A stretch of DNA of 23,133 bases from Candidatus Bathyarchaeota archaeon (lineage in GTDB: Archaea > Thermoproteota > Bathyarchaeia > 40CM-2-53-6): the NCBI GenBank assembly GCA_963833125.1, contig CAWHWX010000025.1:1-23133 (forward strand), in the 5' to 3' direction. The translations under genes and the position numbers were made by a program. The notes under the pieces are model-generated. The model worked only from the letters and a program-made list of their open reading frames with translations, was not told where the DNA came from and made no database searches. Shown one piece after another: positions 8,906-18,169 of this stretch (the stretch's first letter is position 1; every line of letters starts with the position of its first letter).

Positions 8906-9324
8906 GATATTGACACCCCCACCAACCCGAATCCTTTATCGATCAGGTTGTGGACTCGGGAGTTCGCTATCTTGTAGAACACCCACTTGCCGTTTCGTCT
9001 TGAACTGAGAACTCCAGATCTTTCCAGTATTCCTAGATGGTGTGACGTCGTGGGTTGTGTCAGCTCAAGAGCCGCCATAACCTCACATGAGCATAATTCT
9101 TCGTCAGCGATTATCTTGAGCATTCGGAGCCTAGTGGCGTCCCCGAGGGCGGCGAAGAAATCCTCCAGACGTCGGAAACTTCCTTCATCTTCGCTGATTC
9201 TGGATTTCAACTGATTGATGCGTTCAGTCGGGGTACAACTTGTATCCACTAGACCGAGATTCACTAGGCGTTTCACCCTAGCCTGAGCGATGGTTTGACT
9301 CAACTTAATCAACAAAGGAACCAT
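8902..9324 (-). CDS. arsR: ArsR/SmtB family metalloid-sensing repressor
   Basis: Motifs ALGDATRLRML, ELCSCE (helix-3 CxC site), QPTTSHHLGIL and RRNGKWVFY. The exact start is uncertain. Confidence 0.92.
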   Translation of the reverse strand: MVPLLIKLSQTIAQARVKRLVNLGLVDTSCTPTERINQLKSRISEDEGSFRRLEDFFAALGDATRLRMLKIIADEELCSCEVMAALELTQPTTSHHLGILERSGVLSSRRNGKWVFYKIANSRVHNLIDKGFGLVGVSIS

Positions 9325-9344
9325 ACATTAACATTCTTAAATGT
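9325..9344. promoter_or_regulatory. Putative ArsR operator overlapping a TATA-like box in the 44-nt divergent arsR/arsM spacer
   Basis: ACATT (9325-29 and 9331-35) pairs with AATGT (9340-44). TTAAAT at 9337-42 lies about 27 nt upstream of the arsM ATG. Confidence 0.45.
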
Positions 9345-9368
9345 GTTGCCTTGATATACTTGGTGTGA

Positions 9369-10112
9369 ATGAACGTGAGTCTAAGTGAAGAACAAATCAA
9401 AAATGCAGTTAGGGAAAGGTATAGTCGATTAGCCGTACTGAATCAGACTTGCTGCGGAAATGAGGCTGAAAATGTCTGCTGCGGCTCATCAACCAAAGAG
9501 GCGGATCTTCCAAGTGAGGCGTTGAGCGTCCTTGCGAGCTGCGGAAGTCCTCTGGCATATGTGCAGGTTCATGAAGGTGAGACCATTCTGGACTTGGGTA
9601 GCGGTGGAGGCATTGACGTTTTCCGCGCATCAAAATTAGTAGGCGACAAGGGCAGGGTGATCGGCCTTGACGCGACACCTGAGATGATCTTCAGGGCACG
9701 TGAAACCGCTAAGAAGTATGATTACAGAAATGTTGAGTTTCGGCTTGGAGAAATCGAGCACATGCCGATTGAAAGCGATTCGGTGGATTTGGTTATCAGC
9801 AATTGCGTGCTAACCCTAGTTCCTGATAAGGGATTGGCGTTCAACGAGATTTACCGTGTTCTCAAACCTGGCGGTGGCATTTCCATATCGGATATGGTTG
9901 CGACTCAAGAAGCTAAGAAAGTGATCAAACCAGAAGAATGGGCAGCTTGCATTGCAGGAGCGGTTACCTTCAACGAATACAGCAGCATCCTAGAAGAAGT
10001 AGGCTTCGTTAACATTCATGGATCGGATGAATCCAACCCAATAAACGAGGAAATGACTTCGAAAGGACTCGATGTAAAAAGCGTGACATGGAAGGCTAGG
10101 AAACCCCTCTGA
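9369..10112 (+). CDS. arsM: Arsenite S-adenosylmethionine methyltransferase
   Basis: Motifs VRERY, SCGSP, LDLGSGGGID, EFRLGEIEHMP, ISNCV, PDK, EIYRVLKPGG and WAACIAGA, with N-terminal CC pairs. Confidence 0.93.
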   Translation: MNVSLSEEQIKNAVRERYSRLAVLNQTCCGNEAENVCCGSSTKEADLPSEALSVLASCGSPLAYVQVHEGETILDLGSGGGIDVFRASKLVGDKGRVIGLDATPEMIFRARETAKKYDYRNVEFRLGEIEHMPIESDSVDLVISNCVLTLVPDKGLAFNEIYRVLKPGGGISISDMVATQEAKKVIKPEEWAACIAGAVTFNEYSSILEEVGFVNIHGSDESNPINEEMTSKGLDVKSVTWKARKPL

Positions 10113-10155
10113 ACAAGTGCCGCCAGAGCACTAAACAAGAAGAGATCGGAAAGCT

Positions 10156-11256
10156 TTGGCAAAACAGCTTTCGCTCCTCGACAGATTCCTTGCAGTATGG
10201 ATTTTCCTAGCGATGGCCATCGGAGTAGCCGCAGGAGCTGTTTTTCCGCAACTCCCGAAGCTTCTTGAAACATTCAGCGTCGGCACGATTTCGGTTCCAA
10301 TCGCGGTTGGATTGCTCTGGATGATGTACCCACCGCTAGCACGCGTGAAGTATGAAGAGCTTCCGAAGGTGAAGAAGGCTTGGAAGATGTTCAGCGTTTC
10401 CCTATTCCAGAACTGGCTCGTAGGGCCGTTCCTGATGTTCGGTCTTGCATGGTTATTCTTGCCCGATCTGCCCGAATATCGAATAGGAATAATTATCGTC
10501 GGATTAGCGAGGTGCATTGCCATGGTCCTAGTGTGGAACATGTTGGCGGGAGGGGATAGCGAGTATGCAGCGGTCCTTGTGGCGCTTAACTCGATCTTCC
10601 AGGTTGCATTATACTCGGTTTACGCGTGGTTCTTTGTTACGTTGCTCTCGTCTTGGGTCGCCCATGGGTCGGGCGTAACGGTTGCGATCTCCATCTGGGA
10701 CATTGCCAAAACCGTCTTCATCTACCTAGGCGTTCCATTTATCGCCGGAATGCTCACCAGGTACGCGTTGGTGCGGAAGAAGGGGAAGGAGTGGTATGAT
10801 GGAAAGTTTGTGGAAAAGTTGAGTCCGACAGCATTGATAGGGTTACTCTTCACGATTGTGGTGATGTTTTCGTTGAAAGGTGGGTATATTCTGGCGTTGC
10901 CATGGGATGTTGTAAGAATCGCGATACCCCTCGTCAGCTACTTTCTCATCATGTTCACACTCTCATTCGTCATGTCCAAGGCTTGGAGATTTTCCTATCC
11001 TGAGACTGCAACGTTATCGTTCACAGCGGCGAGCAATAATTTCGAGCTTGCAATAGCGGTGGCAGTCGGAGTGTTCGGAATAAACTCGGGCGAAGCCTTC
11101 GCCGCGGTGATCGGGCCGCTGTTCGAAGTTCCGGTTCTGATCAGTCTCGTGAGCGTGGCATTATGGGCGAAGAAACACTACTTCCGGGAGTCGCAGCTCG
11201 AGTTGGCAACAATCGATGCAAGATCGATGAAACAAACGATGCCTACCAAAGACTAG
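10156..11256 (+). CDS. acr3: ACR3 family arsenite efflux transporter
   Basis: Motifs [44 protein letters not shown] and [10 protein letters not shown]. Multi-pass membrane protein. Confidence 0.96.
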   Translation: MAKQLSLLDRFLAVWIFLAMAIGVAAGAVFPQLPKLLETFSVGTISVPIAVGLLWMMYPPLARVKYEELPKVKKAWKMFSVSLFQNWLVGPFLMFGLAWLFLPDLPEYRIGIIIVGLARCIAMVLVWNMLAGGDSEYAAVLVALNSIFQVALYSVYAWFFVTLLSSWVAHGSGVTVAISIWDIAKTVFIYLGVPFIAGMLTRYALVRKKGKEWYDGKFVEKLSPTALIGLLFTIVVMFSLKGGYILALPWDVVRIAIPLVSYFLIMFTLSFVMSKAWRFSYPETATLSFTAASNNFELAIAVAVGVFGINSGEAFAAVIGPLFEVPVLISLVSVALWAKKHYFRESQLELATIDARSMKQTMPTKD

Positions 11257-11424
11257 CGTAACGTGAATATCCTACGAAAACATGCACCAAACAGAGTTCG
11301 TCCTGGGGAGTAGAACTTAAGAGAATTCAGCTGACTCTAGTCTACGGCGGTTAGTTCAATTTTCACGGTAATTGACCCTGTGAATTGCTATCCCTACTTG
11401 ACCCTGGCAGTTCTGAGGAGAACA

Positions 11425-11526
11425 ATGATTGTGGAATTACATATAGCATCAGGAGAGAAATGCTGCACGCTAAACGATGATGTGGTCAATTTGCTACGTG
11501 GGTTTGAGCAGACACCTGCGTCTTAA
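11425..11526 (+). CDS. Possible 33-aa peptide with a vicinal Cys pair
   Basis: GAGGAG lies just upstream of the ATG. Translation is MIVELHIASGEKCCTLNDDVVNLLRGFEQTPAS. Confidence 0.2.
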   Translation: MIVELHIASGEKCCTLNDDVVNLLRGFEQTPAS

Positions 11527-11572
11527 GAAAACTATTGACCAGGCAAATCATGGAACTGGGAACAGGAGCGAA

Positions 11573-12418
11573 TCATATGGGGACGGTGGGTTTCAATCTT
11601 GACGCGGTTCGGACTATGATGTTCAGCCCCAAGACTATCATCAGTAGTATGAAGGCTGCCCCCCAAGCGAAAGCATGCGCGTTCGGGTACGGGGAAGTTC
11701 CGAAGTCAAAGATAAGCACGGTCATAGTGGCTGTAGGATCGAAAACAGTATTCATCATGAATTGGCCGCCGAGAGCGGTGAAGAGTAGGGGAGCGGTTTC
11801 CCCCATGATTCGAGCAACAGCCAGAGCGATGCCTGTAACAATTCCGCTCTTAGCGCTCGACACGAGGATGTAGAGGAGCGTCTTTGACCTCGATATTCCG
11901 AGGGCCAAACCACCTTCCTTGATAGCAGAGGGCACCAGCCTCAGGGACTCATGTGTCGATATCGCGACAATAGGTATCATCATGAAACTCAACGCAATTC
12001 CCCCGGCGATGGCTGAAAATCTGTGTAAGGTGGCCACAACCAAAACATACACAACGATCCCCGTCACAATGGACGGAACGCCCGTCAGAACCTCCGCAAT
12101 CAGCCTAACATTCTTTGCAACTCTACCGGGGTATTCGGATAGATACGCCCCAGCGAAGAGTCCTATGGGTACACCAATCATAGATGCTATTCCGACCACT
12201 ACCAAGCTACCCTCTAACGCATTCAATATGCCTCCGCCACTTCCGCCGATTGGAGGAGTAACCTGTGTGAAAAAGCCGAGATTCAGCACGCTATATCCTA
12301 GGGTCGCAGTTTCGTAGAGAATCGAGGCAAGTGGGATTATCGGAATTAGAAAAGCAAGTGTGGCTAGAACCGTAAATAACCTGTTGCTAAACCGTCGTCC
12401 ACTCAGGGATTTAAACAT
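11573..12418 (-). CDS. pstA: Phosphate ABC transporter permease PstA
   Basis: Motifs GGGILNALEGS, GVPSIVTG, EGGLALG, ARIMGETAPLLFT and AWGAA. Confidence 0.95.
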   Translation of the reverse strand: MFKSLSGRRFSNRLFTVLATLAFLIPIIPLASILYETATLGYSVLNLGFFTQVTPPIGGSGGGILNALEGSLVVVGIASMIGVPIGLFAGAYLSEYPGRVAKNVRLIAEVLTGVPSIVTGIVVYVLVVATLHRFSAIAGGIALSFMMIPIVAISTHESLRLVPSAIKEGGLALGISRSKTLLYILVSSAKSGIVTGIALAVARIMGETAPLLFTALGGQFMMNTVFDPTATMTVLIFDFGTSPYPNAHAFAWGAAFILLMIVLGLNIIVRTASRLKPTVPI

Positions 12419-13385
12419 CCGTTGAACTCCCGGGATGGAAACTTAGTCTAGAAATTAATACTCGCCCTACTAAATTCATTAGAAATGCGATCGCGAAAAG
12501 AATCAGACCGAGCTCGAATAGAGCAGCGAGGTAAATGTTGTTGCCTGCTACTTCTGTGAACTCATTGGCGATCACACTTGGAATGGTTTCTGCAGGAAGG
12601 AAGAGTGACGGGGTGATTCTTGCGACGTTGCCGATGACCATTATGACCGCCATGGTCTCTCCGATGGCTCTACCCATTGCTAGAACGATACCCGCAATTA
12701 TGCCCGTGCTGGCATAAGGAATGACGGCCATTCGAATTGTCTCTAACCTGGTTCCACCCAATGCGACGCAAGCCTCTCGCTGACTACGCGGGACCGCCGC
12801 GACAACTTCCCGCATAACTGCTGACGCATAAGGGGTGATCATGATCGCCAAAATGAGACCGGCGGTGAGCATTCCGAGTCCATTTGTTTCACCCGAGAAT
12901 ATTGGAATGAATCCAAGTGAGCCTATAAGTCCTGGATCTATGTAATCTCTCATGAAGGGAACGAGGAAGAATAATCCCCACAGTCCATACACTACGCTGG
13001 GCACGGCAGCAAGCAGTTCAACTAGAAAGATCGAAGGAAGTCGTAGTTTGCTAGGAGCTAACTCTGATTGAAATAGGGCAACACCCAAGCTTATTGGAAC
13101 CGCAAATAACAAGGCAATCAACGTCGTGACTATTGATCCATATATTGCGGGGAGTGCTCCCAAGATTGGAGTTCCACCGCTGGGAGGATTCGGAATCCAT
13201 AAGGTACCAGTCAAAAAGCTGAAGCCCAGGGCTTGAATAGAGTCTAAGCTTCCAGCGTAAAGAGAATACACGGTAAGAGCGGCGATGACTGGAATCGCAA
13301 CCGCTGCAACAATTAGGACAAAGTGCAAAAAATCGTGGTGCCGTGACCTTTGGCGGGCACGGCTTTTTTCAAGTTGCTTTTGCAT
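12411..13385 (-). CDS. pstC: Phosphate ABC transporter permease PstC
   Basis: Motifs ELLAAVPSVVYGLWG, REACVALG, GRAIGETMAVIMVIGN and IANEFTE. Confidence 0.95.
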   Translation of the reverse strand: MQKQLEKSRARQRSRHHDFLHFVLIVAAVAIPVIAALTVYSLYAGSLDSIQALGFSFLTGTLWIPNPPSGGTPILGALPAIYGSIVTTLIALLFAVPISLGVALFQSELAPSKLRLPSIFLVELLAAVPSVVYGLWGLFFLVPFMRDYIDPGLIGSLGFIPIFSGETNGLGMLTAGLILAIMITPYASAVMREVVAAVPRSQREACVALGGTRLETIRMAVIPYASTGIIAGIVLAMGRAIGETMAVIMVIGNVARITPSLFLPAETIPSVIANEFTEVAGNNIYLAALFELGLILFAIAFLMNLVGRVLISRLSFHPGSSTDV

Positions 13386-13401
13386 TATACGTCGCTGGCT
13401 T

Positions 13402-14688
13402 CTATCCGGTCAGGAGGACTGTGCCTTGATAGTTGAGAGTCATCAGTAATTGTTCGTCAGCTGCAACAACGTTTGCTGGGAGTGGTACGTAGTCCAATGG
13501 CATTGAATACTGCTGTCCATCGTGGATTGCCCACCAAAGGAAGTGTACTAGGGCTTGGGCCTTGGCGAGAGTTGTGCTAGGGTTTGCGGACAAGTCTTTG
13601 TAGACGAGTATGTAGGTGTAGGTTGAGATCGGATAGGATTGTGCTCCTGCAGCTTCTACTAGGTGTATTCTAAGATCGTTGGGGTTCGGCGTGCCCGTCG
13701 CGTTCTGAGCTGCGTAAAGGATTGTTTGTAGCGTTGGTACGATGAAATTGCCTGCTGGGTTCTTGACTGCGCCTACTCCGAGTTTGTTCTGGACCGCGTA
13801 GATAAGGTCAACATAGCCTAAGGCTCCGTTGGTGTTCGCAACCGTGCCCGCAACTCCCGAATTACCCTTTGAGCCAACGCCATAAGCCCCAAGCTTCGTA
13901 TCAACAGGCCAAGTCACTGAAGTGCTGTAACCAACCTGTGCTGCCCAGTTTGGGACGGCAACTGACAAGAAGTTCGTGAAGGCATATGTGGTTCCGCTGC
14001 CATCTGATCTATGCACGGCGGTGATGAAGCCGTTCGGTAATGCGACACCAGGATTGAGGGCCACGATGGCTGGGTCGTTCCATTTGACTATGTTTCCCAT
14101 GTAGATGTTAGCTATGACCTCTGGTGTGAAGTTCAGTGTGGCCGTGTTATTGACGCCCCATGCTTGCAAATTGTATGTAACGGCTACCCCACCAAGCGTC
14201 TCAGGGAAAAGAGTGATACCTGGCGCGGCCGCTAACTGTTGGTTATTTAAGGGAGCGTCGGAGGCACCAAAGTCGACTGTCTTTGCTGATATCTGTTGGA
14301 TTCCGCCGCCGCTACCAATGGGATTGTAGCTTATGGTAACTGCGGGGTATAGCTGGTTGTATGTGACCGTCCATTTCTGAAGTAATGGGGCGGGAAACGT
14401 GGCCCCCGCTCCAAGAAGCGAGACGGGCGTCGTTGGTTGGTATCCTGCTACAGAAGACGTTGCTGACGCCATAGAGGTTTCGGTCATGGTTGCTGAAGTC
14501 ATCACCGATGACGCTGACGACATCATCGACGATTCAGAAGACATTACTGATGTTGCTGACATGCTCTGAGATGTGCTACTGTTCATTGTCGTGAAGTAGT
14601 ATCCTCCTGCAACTGCCGCCAGTATGACGACAACAAGAGCTACTATTCCGACATTACGCTTGTTATTCTTGCTCGACATGCGAATCAT
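13402..14688 (-). CDS. pstS: Phosphate ABC transporter substrate-binding protein PstS, membrane-anchored with a Ser/Thr/Met-rich stalk (start could be 14679, 14688 or 14697)
   Basis: Motifs GAGATFPAP, GSGGG, DFGASD, HRSDGSGTT, GNSGVA and YPISTYTY, with an N-terminal hydrophobic helix. Confidence 0.96.
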   Translation of the reverse strand: MIRMSSKNNKRNVGIVALVVVILAAVAGGYYFTTMNSSTSQSMSATSVMSSESSMMSSASSVMTSATMTETSMASATSSVAGYQPTTPVSLLGAGATFPAPLLQKWTVTYNQLYPAVTISYNPIGSGGGIQQISAKTVDFGASDAPLNNQQLAAAPGITLFPETLGGVAVTYNLQAWGVNNTATLNFTPEVIANIYMGNIVKWNDPAIVALNPGVALPNGFITAVHRSDGSGTTYAFTNFLSVAVPNWAAQVGYSTSVTWPVDTKLGAYGVGSKGNSGVAGTVANTNGALGYVDLIYAVQNKLGVGAVKNPAGNFIVPTLQTILYAAQNATGTPNPNDLRIHLVEAAGAQSYPISTYTYILVYKDLSANPSTTLAKAQALVHFLWWAIHDGQQYSMPLDYVPLPANVVAADEQLLMTLNYQGTVLLTG

Positions 14689-14756
14689 CGAACGCACGTA
14701 GCGGCCTATTCTTATTTAGCGAAAACGCATTGTGAACATGTGTGTGCACCACGATC

Positions 14757-14771
14757 TATATGATTCATATA
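14757..14771. promoter_or_regulatory. Perfect 7-1-7 palindrome between divergent pstS and pstB
   Basis: TATATGA-T-TCATATA. Confidence 0.5.
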
Positions 14772-14823
14772 ACTCGTATTCAATTACTCAATCATCACAG
14801 TAATCGATGGTCGGTAACTAATC

Positions 14824-15654
14824 ATGACTTCAGAACTCTTAACGGAGTTGGGCAGTGCACAGGTAGCCGACAAGAGTGTTATTGATATGTCTAACTTAAA
14901 GGAAAAAATGCAGGTAGCCAGCCTCAGCGCTGGATTTGGCCGAAAAAAAGTCTTGGATGACATTTCAATATCGTTTAAGGAAAATACAGTCACGGCGATA
15001 ATCGGTCCCTCTGGGTGTGGGAAGTCCACATTCATCCGTTGCCTAAACAGAATGCATGAGGTCACACCAGATGCGTGGACCAACGGCCACATAATCCTGG
15101 ACGGCGACGACATTCTCGACCCCTCCATGGACCCCGTCGTAGTCCGACGAAGGATAGGGATGGTATTCCAAAAGCCAAACCCATTCCCAACCATGTCAAT
15201 ATACGATAACGTGGCGGCAGGCCTTCGACTGAACGGAGTTCGCAATCACAAGGTTATCGCTGAGAAGGTTGAAGAAAATCTCAGAAAATCTTTCCTTTGG
15301 GACGAGATCGGTGACAGGATCAAAGAATCCGGAACAAGCATTTCAGGTGGACAACAACAGAGACTATGCATCGCACGAACCTTGGCGGTTGAACCAGAAG
15401 TAATTCTCATGGACGAACCATGCTCAGCGCTCGATCCCATCGCAACTGCAAAGATCGAGGAACTCATAACTAAACTGAAGACCACCTACACAGTAATCGT
15501 TGTAACGCATAATATGCAACAGGCAGCACGCATCTCCGACCTTACTGGATTCCTGTACCTAGGCAGGCTCATCGAGTATGGACCGACGACGGAGATATTT
15601 CAGAATCCCCACAACGAACTCACGGAGCGCTACATCAGTGGAAAGTTCGGGTGA
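14824..15654 (+). CDS. pstB: Phosphate ABC transporter ATPase PstB
   Basis: Motifs [53 protein letters not shown] and YISGKFG. Confidence 0.97.
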   Translation: MTSELLTELGSAQVADKSVIDMSNLKEKMQVASLSAGFGRKKVLDDISISFKENTVTAIIGPSGCGKSTFIRCLNRMHEVTPDAWTNGHIILDGDDILDPSMDPVVVRRRIGMVFQKPNPFPTMSIYDNVAAGLRLNGVRNHKVIAEKVEENLRKSFLWDEIGDRIKESGTSISGGQQQRLCIARTLAVEPEVILMDEPCSALDPIATAKIEELITKLKTTYTVIVVTHNMQQAARISDLTGFLYLGRLIEYGPTTEIFQNPHNELTERYISGKFG

Positions 15655-15660
15655 AATTCA

Positions 15661-16287
15661 GTGCCGCGGCTCATGGATATGGGAGAAGAACGGCTCTCGA
15701 ATGCCATCGTGGACATGGCAAACCTAGCTCAAGACTCAGTAGTCAAGGCCATAGAAGCCTACGAGAAGGGGCAAAAAATCACCGACACAGCGCGTAAGAG
15801 GGCAGCTCAGCTCTCGCAGTTAAGCGCGGAAGTTGAGGAACTCGGCGTCGATCTCTTGGCGGGTTATCAACCAGTAGCCACAGATTTACGTTTCATTAAA
15901 TCCTGTCTTGAAATTGCTTATGGTTTTTCACGGTTCGGCAGATACGCCTTCGACATCGCACTAGTTCTAGAAACCTATGGAGACTTGTCTATTTGTGACA
16001 AATCAGTCGTTCACGACTTAAGTGAGAAAGTCACCGGCATGATCGAACGAAGTATCCAATCGTTCAGGACTCGCGACACGGAACTCGCTCGGTCATTACG
16101 AAAAGACGACGATGAGGTTGACAAAGTGTACTACAAGTACACCGCCGCGATGGCCACCGATAAGTCCGCATCAGTTCGATGCGCCCTCGCATCTACCTTG
16201 GTGTTACGGTATCTGGAGAGAATTGCTGATCACGCCTGTTACATCGGAGACTCCGTTGTCTACATTGTAACTGGATCGAAGGCCTGA
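15661..16287 (+). CDS. phoU: PhoU phosphate-signalling protein
   Basis: Motifs YQPVATDLR, DDDEVD and RYLERIADHA..I. It lies directly after pstB. Confidence 0.93.
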   Translation: MPRLMDMGEERLSNAIVDMANLAQDSVVKAIEAYEKGQKITDTARKRAAQLSQLSAEVEELGVDLLAGYQPVATDLRFIKSCLEIAYGFSRFGRYAFDIALVLETYGDLSICDKSVVHDLSEKVTGMIERSIQSFRTRDTELARSLRKDDDEVDKVYYKYTAAMATDKSASVRCALASTLVLRYLERIADHACYIGDSVVYIVTGSKA

Positions 16288-16291
16288 GACC

Positions 16292-17410
16292 ATGAAAGTG
16301 GATACACAGGATCCAAAGAAGGAGACAGAGGAAGAGCAATCTCAGCCTGAGGATCGGTATGTTCGACGGGTACAGGTCACGGGCCGCGGGTCCTACATAG
16401 TATCCCTGCCGAAACCTTGGGTCCAGGAAGCAGGGCTGAGAAAGGGCGGTAGGGTTGAATTTAGTAAGCAGGAAAATTGGGGCCTCACCCTTACACCATT
16501 CGGCAGCACGAAGTACGATGACGAACGCACCCGATGCGTCATGTCACTTAATTCCAATATTGACCCGGATGCTCTAACCAGAATGATCATCTCACTCTAC
16601 GTTGCTGGGTATTCGACGATTGAGATTAGGTCGAAGGCAGGAAACCTCTCATCTAAGATTCGAGACACGATTCGTGATGTTGCGAGAGGTAAGCTCGTGG
16701 GCACGGAGTTGGTTACTGAATCTGCCCAGAGCGCAACCCTGCAGGTGCTCTTAAGCTACCCTCAATTGCTCGTACCGGACGCTCTGAGAAGAATGCTTTC
16801 AATTCTAAACGCGATGCAACAAGATTCAATGCAGGCCCTTTCAAGACTGGACAAGGACTTAGCAAATCAGGTTGTCAAGATTGACGATGAGATCGACAGG
16901 TTCAGCCTGTACGTAATCAGGCAACTAAAATGGGCCGTAAAACACCCCACCCTACTCTCTAGAATCGGTTTATCCTCGCCCGTGGAATGCCTAGGATATA
17001 GGATCATCAGCAAGAGCGTTGAGCGTTCTGCAGATCATGCCGCAAGGATCGGAGTGAACGTACTTCTACTGCAGCAGGCACCTGGGGCATCGTTATTCAA
17101 GGACGCAAATGCGCTAAGCCAGCAATCGTCAAGAATGATGGAGACTTCGCTGCGAGCTTTGTTCGCCAGCGATTACAAACTTGCCGAAAGCGTGCTTTTT
17201 GAAGGGGCGAAAGTTACTGATCTCGAATCGAAACTGGTTGAGAGGTTACTTAAGGAGAAGATTCCAGCGGGCGACCTCTCCGCAATGCGCTTAATCTCGG
17301 AGAGCCTGAGAAGAATCGGCGAATATGCAACCGACGTTGCGGAAGTCGTCCTGAATTCAACTATTCAAAAAATGTTGGACCAATCGGACGGTATCGAGGC
17401 CCAGCCATAG
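16292..17410 (+). CDS. phoU: Archaeal phosphate uptake regulator (N-terminal AbrB/MazE DNA-binding domain plus PhoU repeats)
   Basis: RRVQVTGRGSYIVSLPKPWV is AbrB-like, followed by ISLYVAGY, DDEIDRF, ERSADHA and RRIGEYATDVAE. Confidence 0.9.
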   Translation: MKVDTQDPKKETEEEQSQPEDRYVRRVQVTGRGSYIVSLPKPWVQEAGLRKGGRVEFSKQENWGLTLTPFGSTKYDDERTRCVMSLNSNIDPDALTRMIISLYVAGYSTIEIRSKAGNLSSKIRDTIRDVARGKLVGTELVTESAQSATLQVLLSYPQLLVPDALRRMLSILNAMQQDSMQALSRLDKDLANQVVKIDDEIDRFSLYVIRQLKWAVKHPTLLSRIGLSSPVECLGYRIISKSVERSADHAARIGVNVLLLQQAPGASLFKDANALSQQSSRMMETSLRALFASDYKLAESVLFEGAKVTDLESKLVERLLKEKIPAGDLSAMRLISESLRRIGEYATDVAEVVLNSTIQKMLDQSDGIEAQP

Positions 17411-17424
17411 AGTGCACGTTCGCA

Positions 17425-17613
17425 CTAATCGGATACCGAGACGACATGGATTCTGGGTCGAAAGATCGCTCTTGCGGTGATATTGGCCGCATAGCCTCCA
17501 TGCAGACCGCAGAATTCCTCACAGGATTCAGCGACCTCAACATCCGTATACCCGAACCCGCAAAGCTCGCAGACAAAGATGATCCCATATCTACTATGTC
17601 TTCGATCAACCAA
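17425..17613 (-). CDS. Small Cys/His-rich putative zinc-binding protein (62 aa)
   Basis: CELCGFGY....AESCEEFCGLH. An SD GGTGA lies 6 nt upstream of the TTG. Confidence 0.65.
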   Translation of the reverse strand: MVDRRHSRYGIIFVCELCGFGYTDVEVAESCEEFCGLHGGYAANITARAIFRPRIHVVSVSD

Positions 17614-17630
17614 TCTGTTTCACCAAGCTG

Positions 17631-17789
17631 TCATACCGCGGCTAGCGGGACGAGATCCTCCCTCATGTAGAATCCCTTGAAACCGCAATTGTCGCATTTC
17701 GCTCCAATCGGTGAATCACCGTCATCATAGTACATGTTGAGGCTTAGGAGTCCACACTTCGGGCACTCGGATCCGACCTCTTTCTCCAT
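17631..17789 (-). CDS. CPxCG-type zinc-ribbon microprotein (52 aa, absent from the ORF track)
   Basis: MEKEVGSECPKCGLLSLNMYYDDGDSPIGAKCDNCGFKGFYMREDLVPLAAV gives C-x2-C-x19-C-x2-C. Confidence 0.75.
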   Translation of the reverse strand: MEKEVGSECPKCGLLSLNMYYDDGDSPIGAKCDNCGFKGFYMREDLVPLAAV

Positions 17790-17819
17790 CGGGCCAACCA
17801 TCCGATTGTGGTATACTAC

Positions 17820-17900
17820 TTACTCCGCGAACCAGGCGTCGCCTTCAGAAGGCGCAACTTCGGATTCGAGGTTCACGTGTTTTTTCCTTGTCCGTGTCAT
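17820..17900 (-). CDS. Possible 26-aa peptide heading the microprotein cluster
   Basis: ATG..TAA encoding MTRTRKKHVNLESEVAPSEGDAWFAE, co-oriented and 30 nt upstream of the zinc-ribbon ORF. Confidence 0.3.
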   Translation of the reverse strand: MTRTRKKHVNLESEVAPSEGDAWFAE

Positions 17901-18169
17901 TTTTTCGCCACGGTAAATACGTTGTTCCAGGGATTTAGCAGGTTTCCTCGTAATTCATTGCAGTAACATGATTTCCCATAATTCATGGTACCGAAACTTG
18001 ATGTTGTGCGGCGGGCCAGCAATCCACCTATAACTTGGTAATCAAGGGGTGTTGATTTGAGCGCTTAATTGGGTCGGCTTAAGCGTCTGCTTGGTTATGT
18101 CAAAACTTCCCTTGGAATCTATATTTTAGTCGCACAGCTCAACGTCGTGAGAAAAGCACCTAGAACTGC

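Noticed and set aside
2901-17696. Shared CDNCGF hexapeptide in the two zinc microproteins (~2901 and ~17690)
   Set aside because: The flanks are unrelated and CxxCG knuckles are common, so convergence is more likely than duplication.
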